Below, in pieces: positions 32,300-41,360 of a stretch of 64,000 nt of DNA. Numbering within the stretch: the first letter of the stretch is position 1; every line of letters starts with the position of its first letter. Source of the stretch: Candidatus Rokuibacteriota bacterium (lineage in GTDB: Bacteria > Methylomirabilota > Methylomirabilia > Rokubacteriales > CSP1-6); the NCBI GenBank assembly GCA_023248995.1, contig JAHFDN010000007.1, positions 3,980 through 67,979 on the forward strand, read 5' to 3'. The position numbers and the translations under genes were made by a program. The notes under the pieces are model-generated. The model did no database searches and was not told the origin of the DNA. It was given only the letters and a program-made list of their open reading frames with translations.

Positions 32300-33900
32300 G
32301 CCGTCGCCGCCTCTTTGCCGAAGTCTCCGAGCTCCCGGTAGGAGAGGCCGGCGAAGGCCGGCACCCCGGCCGCCAGGGACTTGAAGGAGTCCTCGGCCCT
32401 GCCCGGCACCGCGCCCAGCCCCAGCGCATCGCCGATGCGGGCGAGGATCTCCCAATCGGAGAGCGACGCGCCCGGGGGCTCCACCGCCTTCCAGAAGCGC
32501 TGGACGCGGCCCTCGAAGTTGGTGAAGGTCCCCTCCCGCTCCACCCAGGTCGCGCTGGGCAGCAGAACATCCGCGTCGGGGCTGATCCCGTTGGCGTTCG
32601 AGCCCTGGAAGATGAACCAGTCCAGGGCGCGGAGGGCTTCCCGGATCTCCGATCCGGGCCAGGCCGAGGCCAGGAGATCGTGGTGGAACACCCAGAGGCC
32701 CTTGAGCCGGCGCTCGCGCGCCGCTCTCAGCATCCCGCGCGCGTCCAGCCCGCCGGCCCGCGGCGCGAGCCCGATCAGCTCGGCCCCCCGCGTGTTGGGA
32801 TTCTTGTCGGCCTTGATCAGGATCCGATCCTCGTCCCCCGGGCGCCCGGGCGGAACGCGGAAATCCACGTTGGCGATCCCCAGGTGCTCCACGAGCCGCT
32901 TCAAGACGAAGAGGTCCTCGTTGGCCATCCGGGGGGAGGCGAGGACGCCGATCTCATCCGGCCGGTAGTCCCGGAGCCGGGCGGCAACCAGCGGCACCAT
33001 TTCATCCCAGCCGACCTCCCGAGCCGCGTTCTCCCGCCCGCGCGTCGGAAAGAGGAGACGGCTCGCGTCGTCCACGAACTTCCCGCCGTAGCGGCCGGCG
33101 TCGCAGATCCACCACTGGTTGACCTCCGGGTTCTCGCGCGGCTTGAGACGCGCCACCCGGTGCCCCTGGTTATGGTGAGGTCGGCGCAGATTGTAGTGGA
33201 CCTCGATGTTGCAGCCGCGGCTGCACCCCGGGCAGACCGACTTCGCCGTCTCCAGGTACCAGACGCGGACCGCGAAGCGGAAGTCGCGGTCGGTCAGCGC
33301 CCCCACCGGGCAGATGTCCACCACGTTCGCCGAGTAGGGATTCGCCAGCTCCTTGCCGGGGAAGAGCCCGATCTCGGAGTGATCGCCGCGCTGGAAGATC
33401 CCGAGCTCCCCCGTGCCCGTGATCTCGTCGCAGAACCGGACGCAGCGGGAACAGAGGATGCAGCGCTCGGCGTCGAGGATGACATGAGGACCCAGGGGTA
33501 CGGCCTTAGGCTTGTGAACCTTCTCGTCCACCATCCGCGGCTCGTAGAGCCCGTGCTTCATGTAGTAGATCTGGAGCCAGCACTCCCCGGCCTGGTCGCA
33601 CACGGGGCAGTCCAGCGGGTGGTTGATCAGATGGAACTCCATGACGGACTGCCGGGTCTCGAGCACCTTCGGCGTCTCGGTGCGCACCACCATCCCGTCG
33701 GCGGCCAGGGTGTTGCAGGCGATCTGAGGCCGCGGGCTGTTTCCGACATCCACCATGCAGAGGCGGCACTGCCCGGCGATCGAGAGCCCGGGATGGTAGC
33801 AGTAATAGGGGACCTCGATCCCCAGCCTCCGGGCCGCCTCGATGAGGTTGGTCCCGGCGGGGACTTCGACCTCCCTACCGTCGATCGTAAGCTTGGGCAT
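32296..33900 (-). CDS. nuoG: NADH-quinone oxidoreductase subunit G (short form, 534 aa)
   Basis: N-terminal 2Fe-2S (C..C..C) and 4Fe-4S ligands (..HPLDCPVCDQAGEC..; ..CILCSRCVRFCDE..). The molybdopterin-like domain is truncated. Confidence 0.85.
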   Translation of the reverse strand: MPKLTIDGREVEVPAGTNLIEAARRLGIEVPYYCYHPGLSIAGQCRLCMVDVGNSPRPQIACNTLAADGMVVRTETPKVLETRQSVMEFHLINHPLDCPVCDQAGECWLQIYYMKHGLYEPRMVDEKVHKPKAVPLGPHVILDAERCILCSRCVRFCDEITGTGELGIFQRGDHSEIGLFPGKELANPYSANVVDICPVGALTDRDFRFAVRVWYLETAKSVCPGCSRGCNIEVHYNLRRPHHNQGHRVARLKPRENPEVNQWWICDAGRYGGKFVDDASRLLFPTRGRENAAREVGWDEMVPLVAARLRDYRPDEIGVLASPRMANEDLFVLKRLVEHLGIANVDFRVPPGRPGDEDRILIKADKNPNTRGAELIGLAPRAGGLDARGMLRAARERRLKGLWVFHHDLLASAWPGSEIREALRALDWFIFQGSNANGISPDADVLLPSATWVEREGTFTNFEGRVQRFWKAVEPPGASLSDWEILARIGDALGLGAVPGRAEDSFKSLAAGVPAFAGLSYRELGDFGKEAATA

Positions 33901-33903
33901 CGC

Positions 33904-35148
33904 CTATTTCGGGATCAAGGCTTCGAACTCGTCCCGGAACTTCTCGATGTAGCTGATGTACGGGCCCACCGCCCCGTCGTAGAAGGCGCAAATGGTGGTG
34001 CCGGCGCCGCGGCGGGCCACATCCAGAATGGTATCCAGCTCTTCCTTGCGCCCTCTCCCCTCCACGATGCGGCGGGTCATCTTGTAGATCCAGCCGGTGG
34101 ACTCGCGACACGGCGTGCACTGCCCGCACGACTCGTGGGCGTAGAAGCGCGCCACGATCATCAGCGCCTCCGGGATCGAGACGCTCTCGTCCATGACGAT
34201 CACGCCCGCGGATCCGGCCATTGTGCCCGCGTTCTTCAGTCCGTCCACGTCCATCGTGACGTCGATCTCGTCGGCCGTGAGGATGGGAGCCGACGAGCCG
34301 CCGGGAACGACGGCCTTGAGGCGCCGCCCGTTGGCGATCCCGCCGGCGTGCTCGGAGATCAGCGAGCGCAGGGTCACCGACACGGGCAGCTCGTACACTC
34401 CCGGCCGGGCGACGCGTCCCGACACCGAATACATCCTGGTTCCGCCCTGGCCGGCGGTGCCCAGCGCGGCGAACCACGACGCCCCCCGCTGGACGATGTG
34501 GGGAACGTGGCAGATGGTCTCCACGTTGTTGACGATGGTGGGCGCGCCGAAGGCGCCGCGGACCGCCGGGAACGGCGGCTTCAGCTTCGGCCACCCTTTC
34601 TTCCCCTCGAGCGACGAGATCAACCCGGTTTCCTCACCGCAGATGTAGGCACCCGCCCCCCGATGGACGACGACGTCCAGGTCGACCCCGGATCCCAGGA
34701 TGCTTTTCCCGAGAAACCCGGCGTCGTACGCCTCCTGGACCGCCCGGCTGAAGATGCGCCACGGCTGGACGTACTCGCCCCGGACGTAGACGAAGGCCAG
34801 TCGGGAGCCGATGGCGTGCGCCGAGACGATCATCCCCTCGATCAGCCCATGGGGGTCCTTTTCGAGGAGGTAGCGGTCCTTGAAGGTCCCCGGCTCGCCC
34901 TCGTCGGCATTGATCACCAGGTAGACCGGCCCCTGGTGCCCCTTGGGGATGAACCCCCACTTGACTCCCGTGGGAAAGCCAGCCCCTCCGAGACCACGCA
35001 AATTCGACCTCTTGACCGTCTCGATGATCGTGGCCGGCGCCATGGCGAGCACATCGGAGAGCCCCTCGTAGCCGCCCGTCTCGCGGTAGACCCTGAGGGT
35101 GTGCGACTCGGGAAGGTGAAAGTTCCGCGTCAGGATGCGCTCGGCCAT
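33904..35148 (-). CDS. nuoF: NADH-quinone oxidoreductase subunit F
   Basis: NADH/FMN-binding 51-kDa subunit (..GLRGLGGAGFPTGVKW..; ..VINADEGEPGTFKDR..; ..ESCGQCTPCREST..). Confidence 0.95.
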   Translation of the reverse strand: MAERILTRNFHLPESHTLRVYRETGGYEGLSDVLAMAPATIIETVKRSNLRGLGGAGFPTGVKWGFIPKGHQGPVYLVINADEGEPGTFKDRYLLEKDPHGLIEGMIVSAHAIGSRLAFVYVRGEYVQPWRIFSRAVQEAYDAGFLGKSILGSGVDLDVVVHRGAGAYICGEETGLISSLEGKKGWPKLKPPFPAVRGAFGAPTIVNNVETICHVPHIVQRGASWFAALGTAGQGGTRMYSVSGRVARPGVYELPVSVTLRSLISEHAGGIANGRRLKAVVPGGSSAPILTADEIDVTMDVDGLKNAGTMAGSAGVIVMDESVSIPEALMIVARFYAHESCGQCTPCRESTGWIYKMTRRIVEGRGRKEELDTILDVARRGAGTTICAFYDGAVGPYISYIEKFRDEFEALIPK

Positions 35149-35634
35149 CTACTCGAGCCCTTCGAGAATCCGGTCAATCTTCGCGGGAGTCAGGTTCCCC
35201 TCGTAGCGGTCATCCACCTGCAGCATGGGGGCCATCTCACACGCGCAGAGGCATTCCACCGCGAGGAGCGTGACCCGGCCGTCGGCGGTCGTCGCGCCCA
35301 CGTCCACCCCGAGCCGCATCCTGAGGTGCGCCAGGACGGTCGGAGCGCCCTCCAGGTGACAGGTCAGGTTGTGACAGACGCTCACCACGTGTCGACCCTT
35401 CGGCTCCTGAAAGAAGAGGGTGTAGAAGGTGACGACCTCGTGCACGTGGGCGGGCGGCAGGTCGAACAACCCCGCCACATACTCCTCCGCCTCGAGCGAG
35501 ATGTAGCCGAAGGTGTCCTGGACGAGCTGGAGCACTGGCAGGAGCGCCGCGCGCTTGTCGGGGTAGAGCGCCTGGAGCCGCCGCACCAGGGCGAGCTCTC
35601 CGGCCGTGAACTGCACGGCGGCGGGACGGCTCAC
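35149..35634 (-). CDS. nuoE: NADH-quinone oxidoreductase subunit E
   Basis: 24-kDa thioredoxin-like subunit with 2Fe-2S ligands (..VCHNLTCHLEG..; ..VECLCACEMAP..). GTG start overlaps the nuoD stop. Confidence 0.85.
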   Translation of the reverse strand: MSRPAAVQFTAGELALVRRLQALYPDKRAALLPVLQLVQDTFGYISLEAEEYVAGLFDLPPAHVHEVVTFYTLFFQEPKGRHVVSVCHNLTCHLEGAPTVLAHLRMRLGVDVGATTADGRVTLLAVECLCACEMAPMLQVDDRYEGNLTPAKIDRILEGLE

Positions 35635-37004
35635 CGGTCCAGTTCCCCGCCGATCATGTTGACCGACCCGAAGGTGGGGACCACGTCGGCGACCATCCCG
35701 CCCTCGATCATCCGGTGAAGCGCGGCCATCGGCGGAAAGCACGGCGGCCGGCACCGGACGCGGTAGGGGCGATCGGTCCCGTCGGAGACGACGTAGAACC
35801 CCAGCTCGCCGTTGGCCCCCTCCACAGGAAAGTAGGCCGCGCCCCGGGGCGGTCGGATTCCGTTCCCCTCCATGATCAGCATGAAGTGGTTCATGAGCCC
35901 CTCGATGGACCCGTAGGCCTCTTCCTTCGGCGGAAGCACGACGCGCTTGTCCGACACGTTCACCCGATGGTGAACCGGCCGCTCCAGCCCCTCCAGGTTG
36001 GGCGACAGGGTGATCGGGATCAGCAGGAGCCCCTCCGTCTTCCCCTGCTTGCCCAGGTCCACGTACGTGGCGGGGTCCATGGGCTTCCCCTGGAAGTCCA
36101 CGTTGATGGGGCCGCCGGGGATCGCGTCGAGCGCCTGCTCCACGATCCGCATGGACTGTTCCATCTCGACCATCCGGACCAGGTACCGGTCGTAGTTGTC
36201 CCCGTTCCGGCCGGTGGGAACCTCGAACTCCACGCGGTCGTAGGCCCAGTACGGCTGCGCCCGCCTTACGTCGTACGGCACGCCGGCGGCCCTGAGCATC
36301 GGCCCCGTGATCGCGTAGGCGACGGTGTCCTCCCGGGAGAGGACGCCCACCCCCACCAGACGGTCCATGAAGATGCGGTTCCCCGTGAGAAGCTTGTGCA
36401 CTTCCTCGAGCACCTGGCGGGTTTCCTTGAAGGCTTTGCAGAGCTTCAGGGCAAACCCCTCCGGCAGGTCGGCCTTGACCCCCCCGACCCGCGCGTACGA
36501 GATGGTGAGGCGCGCGCCGGTCACGTCCTCCACGAGCTCCCAGAGGTACTCCCGGGCCTTGATCATGTACAGAAAGACCGTGAAGGCGCCGAGCTCCATC
36601 GCCGAGGCCCCGATGCACGTGAGGTGATCGCAGATCCGGGAGATCTCGCTCATGATCACCCGGATGTACTGGCAGCGCTCGGTCGCGTCGATCCCCAGGA
36701 GCTTCTCGACGCAGGAGGTGTAGCCGAAGTTGTTGATGAGAGGGGAGACGTAGTTGAGGCGGTCGGTGTACGGGATGGCGTTATTGTACGGACCTCCCTC
36801 GCACTCCTTCTCGAAGGCCCGGTGCAGGTAGCCGATCTCCACATCCGCCTTTACCACGGTCTCGCCGTCGAGCTCAGCGAGGATCCGGATGATCCCGTGC
36901 ATGGCCGGGTGGGCCGGGCCCACGTTGACGTAGAGGTGCTGGGACCCCGAGCCGGTCCCGCTTCCCTCGCCCAGATAAATCTCGCGCGTCGTGCGTTCGG
37001 CCAC
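35631..37004 (-). CDS. nuoD: NADH-quinone oxidoreductase subunit D (copy 1; 457 aa, longer than copy 2)
   Basis: ..NVGPAHPAMHGIIRI.. and C-terminal ..RVRCRPPCFPPMAALH.. An extra segment of about 50 aa relative to copy 2 sits in the C-terminal third. Confidence 0.9.
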   Translation of the reverse strand: MAERTTREIYLGEGSGTGSGSQHLYVNVGPAHPAMHGIIRILAELDGETVVKADVEIGYLHRAFEKECEGGPYNNAIPYTDRLNYVSPLINNFGYTSCVEKLLGIDATERCQYIRVIMSEISRICDHLTCIGASAMELGAFTVFLYMIKAREYLWELVEDVTGARLTISYARVGGVKADLPEGFALKLCKAFKETRQVLEEVHKLLTGNRIFMDRLVGVGVLSREDTVAYAITGPMLRAAGVPYDVRRAQPYWAYDRVEFEVPTGRNGDNYDRYLVRMVEMEQSMRIVEQALDAIPGGPINVDFQGKPMDPATYVDLGKQGKTEGLLLIPITLSPNLEGLERPVHHRVNVSDKRVVLPPKEEAYGSIEGLMNHFMLIMEGNGIRPPRGAAYFPVEGANGELGFYVVSDGTDRPYRVRCRPPCFPPMAALHRMIEGGMVADVVPTFGSVNMIGGELDR

Positions 37005-37008
37005 CTGG

Positions 37009-37506
37009 CTAAATCCTGGGACCGATGAGTGGCTGGCGCTTGTTCACCGGATAGTCCTTCCGGAGCGGATGCCCCTCGAACTCCTCGTACATGAGGAGCC
37101 GCCGGAGGTCGGGATGGCCGTCAAAGCGGATCCCGAACATGTCCCACACCTCACGCTCGAACCAGTTGGCGATGGGCCAGAGCCCCACCGCGCTCGGAAC
37201 ATGCGCCTCGTCCTCCTCCACGCGCACCTGGAGCCTCACCCGGTGATTACACGGCAGCGAGTAGAGGTGATAGACCACCTCGAAGCGGGGGCCGAACTCG
37301 CGACCGGGATACTTGAGATAATCCACCGCGGTGAGATCCATGAGGACGTCGAACCTGAGCGCCGGGTCGTCACGGCAGAATTCCAACACGTCCAGGACCG
37401 CCGACCGGTCCACCATCGCCGAGTGATCGCCGCGGTAGTCGTGGGTCTCCAGAATCCGACCGCCGAAGGCCGCGGTCAACCGCGCAAGAATCACCTGTCC
37501 GTCCAT
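37009..37506 (-). CDS. nuoC: NADH-quinone oxidoreductase subunit C
   Basis: 30-kDa subunit pattern (..WPIANWFEREVWDMFGIRFDGHPDLRRLL..). Not fused to nuoD. Confidence 0.85.
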   Translation of the reverse strand: MDGQVILARLTAAFGGRILETHDYRGDHSAMVDRSAVLDVLEFCRDDPALRFDVLMDLTAVDYLKYPGREFGPRFEVVYHLYSLPCNHRVRLQVRVEEDEAHVPSAVGLWPIANWFEREVWDMFGIRFDGHPDLRRLLMYEEFEGHPLRKDYPVNKRQPLIGPRI

Positions 37507-37535
37507 CGACTCGGGAGAGGGCTGCTGGCCGCGAC

Positions 37536-37994
37536 CTAGTAACGCTGAGTCCCGGCCGCGATTTTGTCCTGGAGCTTCATCAGGCCATCGAGCACGCTCT
37601 CGGGGCGGGGCGGGCAGCCGGGGATGTACACGTCCACGGGGATGATCGTGTCGATCCCCATGACCGTGGCGTAATTGTCGTAGAAGCCCCCCGTGCAGGT
37701 GCAGACCCCGAAGGCCACCACCCACTTGGGCTCGCACATCTGATCGTAGATCCGCTTCAGCACCGGCGCCATCTTGTGGCTGATCGTCCCCACCACGAAG
37801 AGCACGTCCGCCTGGCGGGGGGAGAACCGGGGCAAGCCCGCGCCAAACCGGTCCACGTCATAGTGAGAGCAGGCGGTGGCCATGTACTCCATGCCGCAAC
37901 ACGCCGTGACGAACGGGTACTGAAAGATGGAGTACTTCCGCGCCCACCCGATGGCCTCATCGAGCTTGCCGGTGAAGAACCCGCCTACTCCCAC
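37536..37994 (-). CDS. nuoB: NADH-quinone oxidoreductase subunit B
   Basis: N2 cluster ligands (..FVTACCGMEYM..; ..GVCTCTGGFY..; ..IPGCPPRPE..). Probable GTG start. Confidence 0.85.
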   Translation of the reverse strand: MGVGGFFTGKLDEAIGWARKYSIFQYPFVTACCGMEYMATACSHYDVDRFGAGLPRFSPRQADVLFVVGTISHKMAPVLKRIYDQMCEPKWVVAFGVCTCTGGFYDNYATVMGIDTIIPVDVYIPGCPPRPESVLDGLMKLQDKIAAGTQRY

Positions 37995-38335
37995 TCGAAG
38001 CCCCCCTTCTTCCACATGTAGAGGAACCCCAGCATCAGGATGCCGAGGAACACAAGCATGGCGAAATAGCCCGCCCAGCCCAGCCGCCGCACCTGCACCG
38101 CCCAGGGGAAAATCAGCATCACTTCGATGTCGAAGATGATGAAGAAAATCGCCACGGTCGAAAACTTGACGGCGAAGCGCCCTTCCGGGATCGCGACCGG
38201 GTCCATGCCGCACTCGAACGGCTCGGCCTTCACCGGGCTCGGCCGGCGCGGAGCGACGAGCTTCGGGAGCCCCATCATCGCGCCCGCCACGGCCGCGGCG
38301 AAGGCGAAGACCATCACGATCGGCGCGTACTCCAC
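37985..38335 (-). CDS. nuoA: NADH-quinone oxidoreductase subunit A
   Basis: About 116-aa 3-TM NuoA/ND3 pattern (..PFECGMDPV..FSTVAIFFIIFDIEV..). Probable GTG start abutting the lipA stop. Confidence 0.75.
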   Translation of the reverse strand: MEYAPIVMVFAFAAAVAGAMMGLPKLVAPRRPSPVKAEPFECGMDPVAIPEGRFAVKFSTVAIFFIIFDIEVMLIFPWAVQVRRLGWAGYFAMLVFLGILMLGFLYMWKKGGFEWE

Positions 38336-39237
38336 TAGGCGCTCCCGAGGCCTGCCGCCTGGCGCTTGGCGTGGTAGGAGCTCCTGACGAGCGGCCCGGC
38401 CTCCACGTGAGCGAACCCCATCCACCGGCCCTCCTCCGCCAACTCCCTGAACTCGTCCGGGTGGTAGAAGCGGGCGACCGGCAGGTGCCGGGAGGAAGGG
38501 CGGAGGTACTGGCCCAGCGTCAGGATGTTCACGTCCGCGCCGCGCAGGTCGCTCATGGTGGCCAGCAGCTCCCCGCGCTCCTCGCCCAGCCCGACGATGA
38601 TCCCGGACTTGGTCAGGAGCGGGGGGACGCGGCCGCGCGCACGCCGGAAGAGCTCCAGCGTCCGTTCGTAGCGCCCGCCATGCCGCGCCAGCCTATAGAG
38701 GCGCGGCACGGTCTCGGTGTTGTGGTTCAAGATGTCCGGCCGGGCCTCCAGCACCGTCTCGAGCGCCTCGGCCGATCCCTGGAAGTCGGGGATCAACACC
38801 TCGACCTGGCACCCCGGCGCCTCCCGGCGGATGGCGCGCACCGTGGCAGCGAACACCGCCGCGCCCCCGTCGGCCAGATCGTCCCGGTTCACCGAGGTAA
38901 CCACCACGTGCTCCAGGCCGAGCGTCCGCACCGCCTGTCCCACGCGCTCCGGCTCCTCTCGGTCCTCCCACGTCGGACGCCCATGGGTGACGGCGCAGTA
39001 GCCGCAGTTGCGCGTGCACACGTCGCCCAGGATCATGAACGTGGCGGTGAGGTCCTCCCAGCACTCTCCGATGTTGGGGCAGTGGGCCTCTTCGCACACG
39101 CTGTGCAGCTTCCACTCCCGCATGAGCCCCTTGAGGCGGATATAGCGCGGGCCGCCCGGGGCCCGCACCTTGAGCCAAGCGGGCTTCCGTGCGTCGGGGG
39201 AAGCGGGGGTCTCCAGGAGGGGAAGAGAAATTCCCAT
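38335..39237 (-). CDS. lipA: lipoyl synthase
   Basis: Radical-SAM and auxiliary cluster cysteines (..[12 protein letters not shown]..; ..[10 protein letters not shown]..). The track ORF extends upstream through a tRNA gene and is an artefact; the true ATG is at MGISLPLL. Confidence 0.9.
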   Translation of the reverse strand: MGISLPLLETPASPDARKPAWLKVRAPGGPRYIRLKGLMREWKLHSVCEEAHCPNIGECWEDLTATFMILGDVCTRNCGYCAVTHGRPTWEDREEPERVGQAVRTLGLEHVVVTSVNRDDLADGGAAVFAATVRAIRREAPGCQVEVLIPDFQGSAEALETVLEARPDILNHNTETVPRLYRLARHGGRYERTLELFRRARGRVPPLLTKSGIIVGLGEERGELLATMSDLRGADVNILTLGQYLRPSSRHLPVARFYHPDEFRELAEEGRWMGFAHVEAGPLVRSSYHAKRQAAGLGSA

Positions 39238-39270
39238 AGCGTCTTGGTCCTTCACTCGCCGCGCCGATTC

Positions 39271-39300
39271 ATTATGCCACACCCGTCGAGACCCGCCAAG
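39271..39300 (-). promoter_or_regulatory. candidate promoter of the lipA-nuo-pdh array (TTGGCG-N18-TGgCATAAT, extended -10)
   Basis: Read on the minus strand, TGGCATAAT sits about 27 nt upstream of the lipA ATG, with a GAAGGA Shine-Dalgarno between. Confidence 0.4.
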
Positions 39301-39311
39301 GCGGGCACGCG

Positions 39312-39337
39312 AAAAAGGCCCCCGACGAGCGGGAGCC
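39312..39337 (-). terminator. intrinsic terminator downstream of tRNA-Leu
   Basis: Minus-strand RNA GGCUCCCG-CUCGU-CGGGGGCC forms an 8-bp stem. It is followed by UUUUU, 9 nt after the tRNA 3' end. Confidence 0.55.
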
Positions 39338-39346
39338 CGGAAGGCA

Positions 39347-39431
<85 letters not shown>

Positions 39432-39445
39432 GCCGGCAAGCGCTG

Positions 39446-39475
39446 AGTATGGCGCCGGCCCGGCCGTCGTGTCAA
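39446..39475 (-). promoter_or_regulatory. candidate sigma70 promoter for tRNA-Leu (TTGACA-N18-CATACT)
   Basis: A perfect -35 hexamer 4 nt after the dppC-like stop. The -10 ends about 14 nt before the mature tRNA 5' end. Confidence 0.45.
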
Positions 39476-39478
39476 GGA

Positions 39479-40363
39479 TTAGCGGCCATCGCGCGCCGGG
39501 CGGCCCAGGGCCTGCCGGAGACGCGGGTCCAGGGCATCGCGGATCCCCTCGCCCAACAGATTGTAGGAGAGGACCGTGATCAGGATCGCCAGCCCCGGAT
39601 AGACCGAGAGCCACCACGCGATTTCGATCGAGTCCCTGCCGTCGTTCAAGATGTTCCCCCAGGTGGCGTACGGCGGCTGCACCCCGAGGCCGAGGAAGGA
39701 GAGGCCGGATTCGGTGAGGATCGCGGCCGGGATCCCCAGGGTCATGGCCACGAGCACGGGCGCCATCGCGTTGGGAAGCGTGTGCCGCCAGATGATCCGG
39801 AACGCGCTCGCTCCGATGGACTGCGACCAGATCACGAACTCGCGCTCCTTGAGCGACAGAAATTCGGCGCGGACCAGGCGGGCCACCCCCATCCAACCGG
39901 TCAACCCGATGACGGCCATGATGGTCCAGATGGACGGCTGGAGAAACGCCAGGACGGCGAGCAGCAAAAAGAAACGCGGGAAGACCAGCATCAGATCCAC
40001 CAGGCGCATGATCGCCGCGTCCACGATCCCGCCGTTGTAGCCGGATGCGGCACCCAGGATCACACCCAGCGCCGTCGCGATGCCGACCGAGACGAATCCC
40101 ACCGCGAGCGAAACCCGGGAGCCGTACAGGATCCTGGAGAGCACGTCCCGCCCGATCTGATCGGTCCCAAGGAGATGGGCCCGCGACGGCGGATCCAGAA
40201 TCTTCTTCACGTCCGGCCGGTGCGGATCGTGGGGAGAGAGCCACGGGGCGCCGAGCGCCACGAGCACGAGGGCGCCCACGACGACTCCGCCGGCCAGGGC
40301 GAGCTGGTTGCGCGAGAAGCTCCGCCAGAACAAGCGCACTTGCCCGTGGGAGCCCGCGGCCAT
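39479..40363 (-). CDS. ABC transporter permease (DppC/OppC family)
   Basis: Six-TM permease with the EAA-like loop and the family 5 transporter N-terminal pattern. Confidence 0.8.
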   Translation of the reverse strand: MAAGSHGQVRLFWRSFSRNQLALAGGVVVGALVLVALGAPWLSPHDPHRPDVKKILDPPSRAHLLGTDQIGRDVLSRILYGSRVSLAVGFVSVGIATALGVILGAASGYNGGIVDAAIMRLVDLMLVFPRFFLLLAVLAFLQPSIWTIMAVIGLTGWMGVARLVRAEFLSLKEREFVIWSQSIGASAFRIIWRHTLPNAMAPVLVAMTLGIPAAILTESGLSFLGLGVQPPYATWGNILNDGRDSIEIAWWLSVYPGLAILITVLSYNLLGEGIRDALDPRLRQALGRPARDGR

Positions 40364-40367
40364 GGCG

Positions 40368-41360
40368 TCACGATCTCCCGCGACGGCCGACCCGAATGCG
40401 CGGGTCCACCAGCCCGTAGGAGATGTCGGCCAGCAGGTTCGCCACCAGCGTGAGCGTGGAGACGATGACCAAGTTCCCCATGATCACCGGGTAGTCCCGG
40501 GAAAACACCGCCTGGACCATCAACTGGCCCATCCCGGGAATAGCGAAGACCGACTCCACGATCACGCTCCCTCCGATCAGCCCCGGCAGCGACAGGCCCA
40601 GGATGGTCACGACGGGGAGGAGTGCGTTCCGGAGCGCGTGCTTGCCGATGACCGCCTGCTCGGAGAGGCCCTTGGCGCGCGCCGTCTGGACGTACTCCTG
40701 CCTGACCACCTCCAGCATGCTCTGCCTCATGTAGCGAGAAAACCCGGCCAGTCCCCCGAACGTAGCGACCACAATCGGGAGAACCAGATGGCTCAGGAAG
40801 TCCCAGTGCTGGCGCCAGAAGGACAGGAACTCCCAGGTGGGCGAGCGGAGCCCGGAGATCGGCAGCCAGCCAAGCTGCACGCCAAAGAGGATCATGAGCA
40901 GGAGGGCGAGCCAGAAATCTGGAGTGGCGAATCCGACGAAGACAAAGACCGTGGTGATCTTGTCGAAGACCGAGTACTGCCGCGTCGCAGAGAGAACTCC
41001 GATGGGGACCGCCAGGGCCAGGATCAGCAACATCTCGATGATGTTGAGGAAGAGCGTGATCGGCAGGCGCTCGCCGATCTTCTGAAGCACCGGCTTGCCG
41101 TCAGGGGCGAACGACCGGCCGAAGTCCAGCCGCGCCAGGCGGGTGACCCAGCTCCAGTACTGGACGTAAAGCGGCTGGTCCAGGCCGTACAGCTTCCGGA
41201 GAGACTCGATGGCCTGGGCCGAGCTTTTTATCCCCAGATCCCCGGTCTGAAGCTCCACCGGCTCGCCCGGCGCCAGGTGGATCACAAGGAAGGAGATGAA
41301 CGTGATGCCGACCAGAAGCGGGATGGCCAGGGCGACCCGGCGAAGCGCGTACGGGATCAT
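40368..41360 (-). CDS. ABC transporter permease (DppB/OppB family)
   Basis: ..IPYALRRVALAIPLLVGITFISFLVIHLAPGEP.. canonical DppB N-terminus. Confidence 0.8.
   Translation of the reverse strand: MIPYALRRVALAIPLLVGITFISFLVIHLAPGEPVELQTGDLGIKSSAQAIESLRKLYGLDQPLYVQYWSWVTRLARLDFGRSFAPDGKPVLQKIGERLPITLFLNIIEMLLILALAVPIGVLSATRQYSVFDKITTVFVFVGFATPDFWLALLLMILFGVQLGWLPISGLRSPTWEFLSFWRQHWDFLSHLVLPIVVATFGGLAGFSRYMRQSMLEVVRQEYVQTARAKGLSEQAVIGKHALRNALLPVVTILGLSLPGLIGGSVIVESVFAIPGMGQLMVQAVFSRDYPVIMGNLVIVSTLTLVANLLADISYGLVDPRIRVGRRGRS

Noticed and set aside
32680-35718. 1012-aa plus-strand ORF, with similar very long ORFs at 19776-21815, 24771-26558, 40308-42815 and 43963-46191
   Set aside because: All are antisense to well-supported genes (nuoG/F, mcm, lpdA, ABC transporter, pgk/gap). 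They have Arg/Pro/Gly-rich low-complexity translations typical of stop-codon-poor frames in high-GC DNA. No domain signatures.
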